Assembly: GCA_951406725.2 (NCBI GenBank)
Contig: OX597827.1
Coordinates: 58,280,001 to 58,344,000, forward strand
Length of the DNA stretch: 64,000 nt
Direction of reading: 5' to 3'
Origin: Octopus vulgaris
Taxonomy: Eukaryota
In this document: in pieces, positions 51,689-64,000 of the stretch
Layout: each line of letters opens with the position of its first letter
Position numbering within the stretch: position 1 is the stretch's first letter
Notes under the pieces: model-generated
What the model saw: only the letters and a program-made list of their open reading frames with translations
The model's database searches: none
What the model was told of the DNA's origin: nothing
Position numbers and translations under genes: made by a program

Positions 51689-53671
51689 CAACTTTTGTTG
51701 AAGAGTTGACTTTAACAGTGAAACAACAGATTTTAAAATATTTACAAGTAAACATTATGAAATCATTTCAGAAAGGTTATTCTTTCCATTATGAAAGTGT
51801 TTTGTTTCTTTTTTATTAGCTTCCTTTCAATTACAAGATAATTGCAGGAAGAATTTTTAATGTTTGAAATGCTGAAAGGTTTCTGAAAATTTATATTTAT
51901 TAGATTAACCAATTCATCTGCATAAACTTAAGACTAGTAGATTAATTTTGTTTCAGAAGTGTCACAAGCAAGCCACATTGATAAGCTGCAACTACAGTGA
52001 AATACTGTATCTGTCATTCTTGTGATCACTTCTGACGTGATTTTGTTTCATCCAACTAAAGTTTATTGTATTTTATTGACACAATATGTCTTTGAAAAGG
52101 ATTTTTCATGGATAAGAAACTGCAGCTTCTGGCATTCATAAAATATACACATGTTTACTATGTTGTATTGATAATGATTTCATTATAGAGCTGCTTCTGT
52201 TGCATAATTTGAACTAATTCTGCTATTTTGGCACCATTGCAAACCAGCAAATAGTTTAGGCACTGCATATACTTGAACTTAACTGAGGATAGATTTAACT
52301 TGACCTGAAAACTCAACTCCTTCTTTTTCAGCAACTTAAAAAAATAAATAAAAAAACAAAAAAAAACGTTCTGTTATGATTGAATCAGATGTTCAGATTT
52401 TCATTACATTTAGAAAATAATTATAATTTTTCATTCTATCATGCAAATACTACAAAATGTTTGTTTTTCAGCTATGGTTCCCTTTAATTACTGGGAATCT
52501 GAAGGATAAAAGAGTATGTGTATCTGTGTATTTAATACAAGCAGAATATGAATGGATGCATGCACTTTAAAAAGTGGGGGGAAAAAAAAAATTATCGTTG
52601 ACAAAAGGAATGAGTAATGAGTACAGAAAGTTTGAAAAAACAAAAAAAAACAAGTAAAAAGCAGATAGTAAAAGTAGGTTGGGAGTAGTAAATGTCAACA
52701 AGGGGGAATCACTGAATCTTGACACTCAAAGAGTCCTGTTGGCATACAGCTGCTCTTCATATTCCAGAGTGGTGTATGTAGAGGGGAGTACAAAACACAT
52801 TTTATGTCTGACAACAGTGAGTTGATTGTTGTAGCTTGAGAACTTCAATGGGTTCATAGAGAAATAAACAAGCAGTTCTATTGTTTGTTTGTGTATTCAG
52901 ATCATAAAATAGGCAGGAGAGAGGAGCTAGAAGATTATCATTTAATGATGCAACTTTGAATATGACTAATAGCTTTAGTAAGAAGGAAGTGAAGTTCTCT
53001 AGGAAGAAGGCATGATAGCGAAGTTATGGTTACTGTATTAATGAGGAGCATAAAAAGATCCATGCCAGTTTGGGCTTAAATGTTTTAATCCTAGTTTTTC
53101 ATGTCTAATACAAGCTTGACAGGTATAGGAAATATATAATTGACTTGTGATGAAGGCTTATATATACGTTTGCTTCTTTTCAAAGCCAACCTGCCTGTTT
53201 TACTTGTGAAAGAAGATTATCTGTTCAAACTAATCAATAAACATCAAGAAACAGGGAGAATAGCACCAGGGGAGTGGGGTTGCTTTGAAACAAGGAACAC
53301 TGTACAATCCCTTTGAACACAGAGCATAAAACAAACCCCAAAAATTAGATAAAATAAATGACACCCTGTGCTGTGGATAAAAATGAAAATATCCCTTGAT
53401 TGTTAAGAATCTAAGATTGGGTGTTAGTGCTTGGAAAGAAAAATTATATATGTAGGAACATATCTTGTTAAAGTAGGTTTAACATGGATAGCTGGGAAAT
53501 GCTGAGTAGGAAGCTTTTAGTTATCAATAGCATTTGGTTATATAGACAGATGGAGGTGAGGAAAGGCTTTTGGTTTTAATAAACTTTATTTGCAACATTA
53601 AAGATTTTGGGTTAATCAACTGATTTACTATTCAGGGCATTCGTGATAATCTTTTATAAATTATAAAAACG

Positions 53672-53862
53672 TTACTCTTTTACTTGTTTCAGTCATTTGA
53701 CTGCGGTTATGCTGGATCAGCGCCTTTAGTCGAGCAAATCGATCCCGGGACTTATTTTTTGTAAGCCTAGTACTTATTCTATCGGTCTCTTTTGCCGAAC
53801 CACTAAGTTACGGGGATGCAAACACACCTGCATCGGTTGTCAAGCAATGTTGGGGGGGACAA

Positions 53863-53904
<42 letters not shown>

Positions 53905-54583
53905 CTATATATATAAAACTCTAGTTGTGTGAGTGTCTGTCCCCTTCGATTTAGATTCCTAACTCCTCCCACATTTTGCGGTGCAGTTTAACCAAATTCG
54001 GGTATCTTATAGTCGTGATTCATATCGAGCCCGTCTGACTATTAGCGCGCATCAACGATGAGTCTACGATTTTAAAAATAATTTAACATCATTTTTTATT
54101 CCATTTTAATGCATAAAATGCATCGTGTGTCGATGGTGGCGGAGTTGGCGTCCACGCTCACAGCTGCACCTGTTTGCTTCCTCCCCTTCCCTCCCTCGTG
54201 AAGCTGTGGGGAAGGGAGTGTAAAGAAATCAACGTCGTAATGCGTTGTGAAGGAGACCAGCGTTCTTTTAGAACAACGACTTCATGGCTTGAAGACACCA
54301 AAACAAAAATGGCTAAGAAAGCCCGAATTAGCATCTAAAAATGCTTATATAGTTATTTCCCTTACAAACCCGAGCAACGCCGGGCGATACTGCTAGTATA
54401 TATATATATCCATATATACGACGGGCTTCTTTCAGTTTCCGTCTATCAAATCCACTCACAAGGCTTTGGTCAGCCTGAGGCTATAGTATAAGACACTTGC
54501 CCAAGTTGACACACAGTAGGACTGAACCCGGAACCATGTGGTTGGTAAGCAAGCTACTTACCACACAGCCACTCCTGCGCCTA
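53672..54583 (-). mobile_element. SINE family C, full length, split by a Helitron in its microsatellite
   Basis: tactcttttacttgtttcagtc tail ... ccacacagccactcctgcgcct head. Confidence 0.9.
53904..54396 (+). mobile_element. Non-autonomous Helitron
   Basis: 5' TCtatatatataaaa, 3' hairpin cccgagcaacgccggg then gctag, A|T target, CpG-rich. Confidence 0.9.
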
Positions 54584-54827
54584 AATGTCTTTGATTGCAA
54601 ATTGATTGCAATTTCTCTTAGTTTAGATTAAAGATAAATATTTGTATTTCTAACCATAATAGCTTTGTATTTGGAAATGATTAATTAAAATAAATTAGTA
54701 CTTGAACAGTATGTTTATTCATTAAATAATATCAGTCTTGAATAATGCTTTCTAAACATTGCATAGTTAACATTTCATTATTGCTTCTTGTTAAATACAA
54801 GTGAATCAAAGCAGAATTAAAAATGGT

Positions 54828-55230
54828 TTAACCCTTTAGCATTTAAACTGGTCATATCTGGCCCAAATATACTACCTGTTTGATGTTCTAGCCAACCAGA
54901 TCCTGCCTATCACATCTACTCTTCAATGCCATTATAAAGTATATGATCACTTCATCATAATTTCGAAAATAATACATGATTAATTAACCCTTAAGAGACA
55001 AGGTTGAAGAGTTGAATGATGAAGAAAATTTTATAAGTTCTCTCAATTTCCCGCAAGAATATATATAATTTTATATATGTAAAGTAATTACTTATTTTTT
55101 TTTTTTATTTTGTCTGAAAAATAAGTGCATGCCCTTTAATAGGAATGTGAAAAGGGCTCTGTCTTCTTGGTGCTGAAACTCCAAATGGAGGCTCTGTCTC
55201 CAAAGGGTTAAAAACAATGTGAATGAAAAA
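54828..55230 (-). mobile_element. piggyBac-like MITE family A (truncated) hosting a nested MITE
   Basis: ttaaccctttagcattt ... catgattaa[insert]aaacaatgtgaat. Confidence 0.75.
54988..55207. mobile_element. piggyBac-like MITE family C
   Basis: TIRs cccttaagagaca / tgtctccaaaggg, TTAA on both sides. Confidence 0.85.
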
Positions 55231-55595
55231 TCTGTTCTGAGAAGCTGTGTCTGCTAGTTTATAATGCTATGTTCTTGATGTTGCATGTTCTGTCTGATAG
55301 GAGTGTTCACTTTGTCGACTTGGCTTATTCAAGCAAATTGTAGTAGCAGGGTTTCTCCATCAAGAATAGAACTAATAGTTCCAAGCAAATTAGTTTCATT
55401 GTATATTAAAATATCATGAGCTTATACTATATGTTTAGTTTAGTGCTGTGGTCCATCAATATCCAGCAATTCCTTCATGAAGTTGCCTTAGAGACAGTTT
55501 TGAATTAAAAATTTTTAACACAAAATTTCTCATTGGAATGGAGCTAGATTCTTAACTGAAACAACAATTTTTATTTATTTATTTATTATTTTTTT

Positions 55596-55960
55596 TTACT
55601 TGTTTTAGTCATTTGACTGCAGCCATGCTGGAGTACTGCCTTTAGTCGAGCAAATCGACCTCCAGGACTTATTCTTTGTAAACCTAGTACTTATTCTATC
55701 AGTCCTTGCCAAACTGCTAAGTTACAGGGATGTAAACACACCAACATTGGTTGTCAAGCGATGGTGAAGTGGGAGGGGGCAAACACAATTACATACACAC
55801 ACATGATGGGCTTCTTTAATTTCCGTCTACCAAATCCACTCACAAGGCTTTGGTTGGCCTGAGGCTATAGTAGAAGACCCTTGGTGCTAAGGTGCCACAC
55901 AGTGGGACTGAACTCGGAACCATGTGGTTGGGAAGTAAGCATCTTACCACACAGCCATGC
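55596..55960 (-). mobile_element. SINE family C
   Basis: Full head and tail matching the 53672 copy. Confidence 0.88.
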
Positions 55961-56807
55961 TGTGTTGTATTTAGATACAACAGTTTCACCAAAGACATAT
56001 ATTTTGTATGTCTGTTCATTCGGTGGGGTTATTTTTTCACAGTTTTATTTTTCTTAGAAAGCAAGTGGTTTTCCTGTTAGAAATAGTTTAATGACATACA
56101 CATACTTCTCCTCAACATCTTTCTTTCTCTCTCCCGCTCTATCTGTCTGTCTCTCTATCAAGTCTGAGCGGAACATGGTTTTGTATCTAGTTTCCTTTAC
56201 ACTTCAGAAGATCAACAGGATGTAATAACACTTTTGCCATTCCTGTTGTGTCTTGATGCAAAATTCTTTCTTGTGTACTGACTATCTTTTATTTCAATTA
56301 CATTTTTGATAAAACTAGCTACTAACTACAGGCTGTTTTCATTAAAAAAAGCTTGCTTGAATAAATTATTAAGCTGTTGACTAGCAACAGGTTTATTTGC
56401 ATTAAGCAAAGTTCTTTTTCTCTTTTTTATTTTGTTTTTTTTTGTTTATAACTAAGAATAGCTGCCAATGTTCCTTCAGCACTTCAGTGTCTTTAATAGT
56501 AAGTGGTTTTAACTATGTCTTTATTTATCATGCATAGTTTGCCACAGCAGCTTGTCTCAGTGCTAAGAACTAACAAGGAAACCTCTACATGGTTGTTTAG
56601 CAAATTTTGTATACTACTTTAAAGGAAAAACACATTGGATAACGTAGTCTTGGATACGCGCTATATCTGAATAAAAGCTGGGATGGTCATAAACAGGAAC
56701 GTTCTTGTTTCTAAGCCTGCTGGATCAGGACTGAGTGGAAACATATCAATGCCTATTATTGTTAATTACTATTTGAGATATGTCTCTATTTCATGATGGC
56801 ATGGCTA

Positions 56808-57250
56808 GGTGCAGACATGGCTGTGTGTTTAAGCAGCTTGCTTTGCAACCAGCTGGTTTCTGGTTCAGTCTCACTATGCAGACATAGCCATGTGTTTAAA
56901 AAACTTACTTTGCAACCATATGATTTCAGGTTCAGTCCCTCTGTGCAGCACCTTAGACAAGTGTTTTCTACTAACAAATGCAGTGTGAGTGAATTTGATA
57001 GACAGAAACTGTGTGGAAGCCTGTTTGTGTGCGTGTACGTGTGTACGCGTGCCTGTGTTTGCTCCTCCCCACCACTTGACAACTGCTGTTGGTTTGTTTA
57101 CGTCTCTGTGTCTAAGCAGTTCAGCAAAAGAGACCAAATGAATAAGCTACAGTCTTAAAAAAACAAACAAACAAAGCACTGCAGTTGATCTATTCAACTG
57201 AAAACCCTTCAAGGGCATGCCCCAGCATGACACGAGTAAAAGATAAAAAA
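56808..57250 (+). mobile_element. SINE family C with duplicated tRNA head
   Basis: Two tandem tgcagacat...ggttcagtc units, then the normal body and tail. Confidence 0.8.
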
Positions 57251-57624
57251 TGCACTAACCAAAGAATTGCTATTTTATTACAAAGGAAAGTGTGCACATA
57301 TTAAGGAGTGGCCAAAGGCTATGGAGTACTTTTAAAATAATGGGATAGGTTGAATGAGGGTGAATGGGGGCGTACTAATTGTTTTTACAGTTATGTGTCT
57401 TTGCTAACCTTTTAGTGTTTGAAACACTAGTGCAACCTACTGTCAGTCAGATAATGTGAAGAAGGAAGACTTGTGTGTCTTAGTCAATGCCAGTAGCTTA
57501 TCATCCCAACTTTGATGTGAGTTGTAGTGTTCTGTCCTTATTCAACCTTAAAGTAACCTTGATCATGCTTATGATCAAAGATATTTTGCCAATTATCTTG
57601 AGTTACTTTATAATGGGTAATGAA

Positions 57625-57965
57625 TGGTGGAATCAGTAAGACAGTCTTACAGAATACATTCCGAGTTCAAATCTTGGTTAGGTCGAAATTTACCGTTTGT
57701 CCTTCCTAGGTTGATGGAAAAAGTACCTGTTGAGTACTGGAATCGGTATAATCCTTTCTACTTACTATAGGCGTAAGGCCTGAAATTTTGGGGGTGGGGG
57801 TGCAGTTGCTTTCCCTTGACCCATGTGCTTAACTGGTACTTATTTTATCAACCCCGAAAGGACGAAAGGCAAAAGTTGATCTTGGTGGAATTTGAACTAA
57901 GAACATACAGATTGACGAAATACTGCTAAGCACTTTGCCTGGCGTGCTAACGGTTCTGCCAGCTT
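57625..57965. mobile_element. Two SINE family D copies tail-to-tail
   Basis: Decayed plus copy ~57625-57750 and minus copy ~57775-57965. Confidence 0.7.
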
Positions 57966-59387
57966 ATGGCAGTTTGCTCCAACATGGCCCAGTCTGATGA
58001 TGAGTGAAATCAGTAAAATAAATAGATAAAAGGAAAAAAAAATTTAGCACTTTTAATGAGAAGATGCTCTCTTTCGACTACACAAACTTTTGTTTAACCT
58101 CTCTTGTAACCTGGGCTTGGTGAACTGAATGTTATAATTTAAACCAAAGTAAGTACCTTCTGTCAAGATCTTTCAACGTATCATCAACTTCTCTTCTCTG
58201 TTAGTCATCAGTCCTTTTATTCTAATAGCTTTCTTTCTTCGAATGGTTGTTCTCTAGAACTCCTAAATATCCCTATGTTTTCCTTTTGGACTATGTTATT
58301 CAGTCCTTTAAGCTTTCACTCGACAGCTTTTGAATTTGTGGTTTCCTTCTTTTACATTTTTTGCAATCCTTTTATGCTACCGTAGTCTCAAGCCCTGTTT
58401 GGGACAAAATCGTATAAAAATAAAAAAGACAATTGTTATATGATGAGGTGTTCTTTCTCTCAAGTAGGAGGCGCTGGTCTATTATTAGTTTTAGTTGGTG
58501 TTATTTTATTTACTTAAAATAACTTAACTCTGATTTTAAGAAAGGGATAGGAAAACCGAACAGTATAATACAAAATGTCTAGTGTAAGCTTACTGTAAAG
58601 TAACGAAAAAAATAAATTTTATATCTTGATACGGCTAACAAATTTCAACAGCAGCACAAGTGACTTAAGGGAGAGAACTCTTTCTATTTTCATTTGTCAT
58701 GTTTCTCGCTAAAATTAATTACAAATGTATATGAGTAACTTTACCGTTTTTAGAATATTACTTATTGTTTTCACAATTTTATTATTATTATTCATTTTGG
58801 CAATTTAAAATCTTATTATTTTGTTTAATTGCTGTTTTAATTTTTCAGGTGACATAATTTTTAAGAATAAGTCATCTAATTTAATAAGGCCACGTCTCTA
58901 ACGTGACTAGTGCTACTTTATGAATTCAGTTAGCAAAGTTTGAAATCAGATATGTAATTAAGTGCTCCAAAGCATGTTACCCATGCTCTGTCATGGCTAT
59001 AAATGAAAATAAAAAAAATATAAAAAATTTACTTCGCGAAATTAAGATTTAAAAAAATAGGCAGATAAGATATGACTAAAGTTAATTTATCTTGTGACAC
59101 AGTTTTTTCTAAATAGCTTTTATTTAAAAAGATAAAGAAAGAAAAATTTATATCAGGCAACTCCATTTGCAAGAAGTTCAGATTAGCATTTAACTAAATA
59201 TAATAAAGTGACCTTCAGTTAATGAAACAATATCATTGTGTGGTTTTAAATATTTTCTTATCAAAGGTGATTAGAAAATGTTTAGTTACTCATAATACTG
59301 TATCAGGCCAAATCAGTAGAGTAACAAGACTATGAGTTATAATTCACATATGTGTGTCTCTATATACAGGTGCGGGCCTTATAAGCA

Positions 59388-59750
59388 TAGGTGCAGGAGT
59401 GGCTGTGTGGTAAGTAGCTTGCTAACCAACCACATGGTTCCGGGTTCAGTCCCACTGCGTGGCATCTTGGGCAAGTGTCTTCTGCTATGGCCCCGGGCCG
59501 ACCAATGCCTTGTGAGTGGATTTGGTAGACGGAAACTGAAAGAAGCCTGTCATATATATATATATGTATTTGTATGTGTTTGTGTGTCTGCGTTTGTCCC
59601 TCTAGCATTGCTTGACAACCGATGCTGGTGTGTTTACGTCCCTGTCACTTAGCGGTTCGGCAAAAAGAGACCGATCGAATAAGTACTAGGCTTACAAAGA
59701 ATAAGTCCCGGGGTCGATGGTCGCAGTCAAATGACTGAAACAAGTAATTA
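59388..59750 (+). mobile_element. SINE family C with a small 3' deletion
   Basis: ggtgcaggagtggctgtgtggtaagtagc ... gactgaaacaagtaa. Confidence 0.9.
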
Positions 59751-59974
59751 AAAAAAAAATATGGCTTTGGTTTCAGTTCCACTGTACTGGCCGACCAAAG
59801 CCTAATGTGGGAGTTAGGTTCACTGAAGATGCTGGAAGCCTGTTGAATATATTGTGTGAGAAGGGTACACATATGCTCCATTGTCCTTATTTCACATTTG
59901 TCCCTACTTGAATGAAATGGCGATGTTCATACAACCTGTTCACAATATGATCACCCATGCTGTATTTTTTTCAC

Positions 59975-60111
59975 CATCGTTATCATCATTTAACGTCCGC
60001 TTTTCATACTAGCATGAGTTGGACGATTTGGCTGAGGACTGGTGAACCAGATGGCTGCACCGGGCTCCGATCTGATCTGGCAGAGTTTCTACAGCTGGAT
60101 GCACTTCCTAC
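59975..60111 (-). mobile_element. RTE-related 3' tail fragment
   Basis: catcatttaacgtccgcttttcat...tttctacagctggatgcacttccta. Confidence 0.8.
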
Positions 60112-61457
60112 AAATACAGAAATTCCTTACTTGGAAAATGGCTATAAGATGGCATCAGAAAAAGCATCAAGCCATAAAATTATGCTTCAAATCTCTCTCT
60201 GCACAAACATGCTAGCATGGAAAATGTGTGTGAACAAATGGGTTCAGTTGTGTTAATATGTATACACATATAAGCTATACATGCACAAATTCCCTTTATG
60301 TCCCTTTTTTCCATGCTATCATGATAGAAACGAATATGCTATTGAGGCATAGTTTTGCACAAGGGTGCTTTTACTGTCACTAATATTCCCTTGTTTTGTG
60401 AGCAAAGTATTTCTTTTTCACTTGAGAAAGGTGAGCTGGGGATTTTGCTTACAGGAGAATTGACAAAAAGAAACTGCATATACAATGTAGAAGTGAGTGC
60501 AGATGTACACATCTGTATGGCTTTTTTTTCATTTATTGTCTACTAAATCTACTCACATGGCTTTGGCTGGCCTGGGGCTATAGAAGACACTTGCCCAAGT
60601 TGTCAGTGTTCGCTCCCCCCTCTCCACCACTACAGGACAACTGGTGTTGGCCTGTGTGTATAGTTTAATATTTATGTGTGCGTATGTATGTGAATGGAGA
60701 TTATATATATGTGTATACATTTATATGATTGTAGATATTTATATATATATGTGTGTATGCATGTCTTTACATACATATACATTTATATGTGAATGTATTT
60801 TCCAAGTAACCTGTCACAATTGTTCTGACTACCTTAAAACTTTTCCAAATTTGGGTTTTTACACATGTACTTTTGAGGGAAAGCAGTTTAGTATCACTTG
60901 TGCTATGTCGATCGATTGCCCCCATTTTTCGAAGGAAAGCGGAATGAATTCGATGTGCCTAGAAATATGTAGGGATCAAAAATATGACCTATTATTTTTC
61001 ATTTCACCTCATCAACCTCTCGGTTACAATACTTAACAGCCTGGGTAGTGTTTCCACTTAGCATCTGATTACAAACCGTGCTGAGCTTGTGGAATTGATG
61101 TACAGGTAGTTTGTGGTTTTGAACTTACCATGTTATTATATTACAGGCACATGATTTGTTGTGTCACCAGAAATAAAATGTCATTAAAACATTTGGGTGA
61201 ATCATAATATCATCTGCTGTTAGATAGCTATCTAGGTCAGTCTGAACTACTGTAACTGACAGCCCCCCCTCATCCAACCTTATCCTTTCTTTTATCTGTA
61301 TGCCTGATGAATTAACACAATAGTCACCTCCCACATCACCCACTGTGACTAAGGGGACAAGCTACTTGTTCTTATACCATGATCATCATCATCTTTGAAA
61401 ATAAAACTATTTGAAAAAGTAGGGGTTTTTTTTTTATACATAGCTTTCACTTTATGA

Positions 61458-61490
<33 letters not shown>

Positions 61491-61906
61491 GAAGTTTGGA
61501 ATGAAAATTAGCTAACCTTTGTTTGTAAATCATACTTGTGTGGAATTTCATTCTATTTATTATCACTGCCAAAAAGGCTTTTAGGATAGCAATATCTACC
61601 CCCACAGCCTTGTCTTCACTCCACTGTCTGTCTATTTCTCACCCTAACTCTGCCCCTACTCTCTTTCCATATAGCAAATATTCTAATTATTGTTTACAGA
61701 ATTGCACTTTTGTAACCTTTACAATAATAAATTCCTGCTAAATTATTTTGGCTAGTGCTTTTTTGTTTCATAATTTTCCCTTTGAGCATAATTTTCTTTC
61801 AAAAACCATGCATTCATTTTTGTTTCTGTATTGAAGAATGTAAAACAACCTAATTTTTAACATTTTGTCGACAATTAGTTATTGTTAGGGATTAACCTAT
61901 AGAAAT

Positions 61907-62070
61907 AGGTGCAGGCATGGCTGTGTGATAAGAAGCTTGCTTCACAACTACAAGGTTCCAGGATCAGTCCCACTGTGTGGCACCTTGGGCAAGTGTCACC
62001 TATAGCCTTGTCCCAACAAAAGCCTTGTGAGTGGATTGGGTAGGTGGAAACTGAAAGAAGCCCCTTGTGA

Positions 62071-62113
<43 letters not shown>

Positions 62114-62820
62114 CACACAGACACAGGAATGCACATATACTCCACAGACACAACCTCACACATATACTTCAAACTGCCAGTCAAACACCTTTGTACTGAC
62201 CATTCCCCTATGGACATGTAAAGAAACACACTACACAAAAGACAGCCACTCCTACTGCCAAATTCTTCCTACAACAGTAAGTTCACTCACACATACACAT
62301 ATAAACAGCCAAAACCAAACATATGCGCACACATACACACGCATACCTCCTTCTCTTACACTCTCCTGTCTTAGCACTTTTTCTTCACCCATTCCCTTCC
62401 GGTCATTTCAAAATGTAACCACATGTGAATCATTGGCGATTTTCTTCCTCCGTCTTCCCTTCTATTGGACTTCCCTCTATTTCCGAAGAAGAGCATCTGC
62501 TTGAAACATTAAACCATCTTTCTTTCCTTTCCTGAGCGTCTGCTAATACATTACATGTACTATGTCCTCGTGTTGTTGGGGTTTTTTTTTTGTTCTTTTT
62601 GGATTTACTACACACACACGTGTTTGTGACGCCCCCGCCACTGCTTGACAACCAATGTTAGTATGTTTACGTTCTCATAACTTAGCAGTTTTCCAAAAGA
62701 CACCAATAGAATAAGTACTCAGCTTACAAAGTTCTGGGGTCGATTTCTTTGACTAAAACTCTATGAGGCAGTGCTCCAGCATGGCCACAGTCAAGCAACT
62801 GAAACAAGTAAAAGAATAAA
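61907..62820 (+). mobile_element. SINE family C split by a Penelope-type insert
   Basis: Head to ~62065, tail from ~62620 to gaaacaagtaaaagaataaa. Confidence 0.85.
62125..62610 (+). mobile_element. Penelope-type pseudo-LTR insert with hammerhead-like core
   Basis: CCGAAGAAgagcatctgcttGAAACatt at 62483-62510, then cctgagcgt shared with the 39371 element; flanked by (CA)n. Confidence 0.6.
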
Positions 62821-64000
62821 TAGGGAAGATAATTACTACTTTATTATTCAATTAAATAGGCAGTCAGTTAAAAATGTTTAACACACTTTCTTATTTTGAG
62901 TTGAGAATACTTTGACCCTTTGCCTGTTGTAAACGTCTGTCCTTGTTTTTCAGACTTTTAGTTAGCCCTTTGTTTCATACATTCTGAGTAATACAGTGCT
63001 TTCCTTTCATAAGTTCCAAGTTAACTCTACTGGTCAAAATATATTGAGAATGTGTATCATATACAATGCATGAATGCCAGCGATATATATAATGTCCACT
63101 GTATCACATACGATGAACAGGATAGGTAAAGGATGAATTTATCATATATTGATTGATATCAGAATTCATCTTCCTAGTCTAAACTCTCTCTCCCCCTCTC
63201 TCTCATTCTCATTCTCATTCACACATAAACTCAATTGGTACAGCTTAAAATACAGCAATCTTTCTTTTGTGGAGAGACACTGATTTCGAAAAATAAACTT
63301 TTGACGTAAGAATTGGAGCACAATAAGTTATGCAGAGTTCATCATAATTAGCATAATTTTAACATTGAATTTTTTATATATATTTTATAATCTATCATTA
63401 TTAATTGTCACATCAACAAAATCAATCAACCACTCTTTCTCCAACAACCTTATAGTTTGTCACAGAAAACCAATTATCGATTTAACTATATTTCCAATAT
63501 CGGCTAATAATCAACTCTTCTATATTTCTCCATGCACACACAAACTTACATATAACTATGGTTGATAAATCCAAGATGGGAATATGAAATTATTCAAATC
63601 TTCAAATATTCGTTTGTATCAACCTGAGTGTGCGGGGAGGAGGTATTAATCCTCTATGTGGCTTATTACACTCAAGACTAACATATCTTCTCGCTTGAAG
63701 AAGAGACCCATTATGTGATTATTGTGTATGGTGGATTGGATCACTCTGTGTTGTTATAGAAAATGTTAAGCTTGGCAATTTAGGAGTGTGATGGTTTTAG
63801 CTAGCCCCTTTATAGTTTAATATTCTGAGATAGACACTATCTGCATTTTGATGAAATATAACTTCATTGCAGAGAGTTTGTAGGGTGAATCTTGTGCATA
63901 AAATGTGAGGTTGGGGTGTAAAAATGTGTATGGCAGGGGTTGAATATAGCTATGAGTCTGTCTGCCTTTCATGTACAGAAATAAATGGGTCATATACTGT

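Noticed and set aside
58060-58480. Purine-rich minus-strand stretch resembling coding sequence
   Set aside because: Stops in all frames and no motif recognised; possibly a decayed transposon but unsupported

Overview
AT-rich animal genomic DNA. The repeat content (tRNA-derived SINEs with microsatellite cores, TTAA-flanked MITEs, mariner, Helitron, RTE and Penelope-like remnants) points to an octopus; this is an inference from repeat style. The window lies inside one plus-strand gene with very long introns. Two in-phase coding exons (35429-35573 and 49033-51043) encode the low-complexity middle of a likely KDM3/JMJD1C-family histone demethylase. That call rests on the motif SPLIIDKHEPVHPYRDP, which matches my recollection of vertebrate JMJD1C SPLIIDKNEHFTVYRDP. 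Everything else is intron packed with nested transposons, and most of the short ORFs are spurious. The most interesting signals are: hammerhead-ribozyme-like cores in Penelope-type inserts, a 260-bp foldback, a Helitron with a fully palindromic and loop-inverted 3' end, SINE heads with swapped tails, an internally inverted SINE, and inverted MITEs bracketing the 2-kb exon. All alignments were done by eye, so repeat boundaries without a stated TSD or TIR are approximate.
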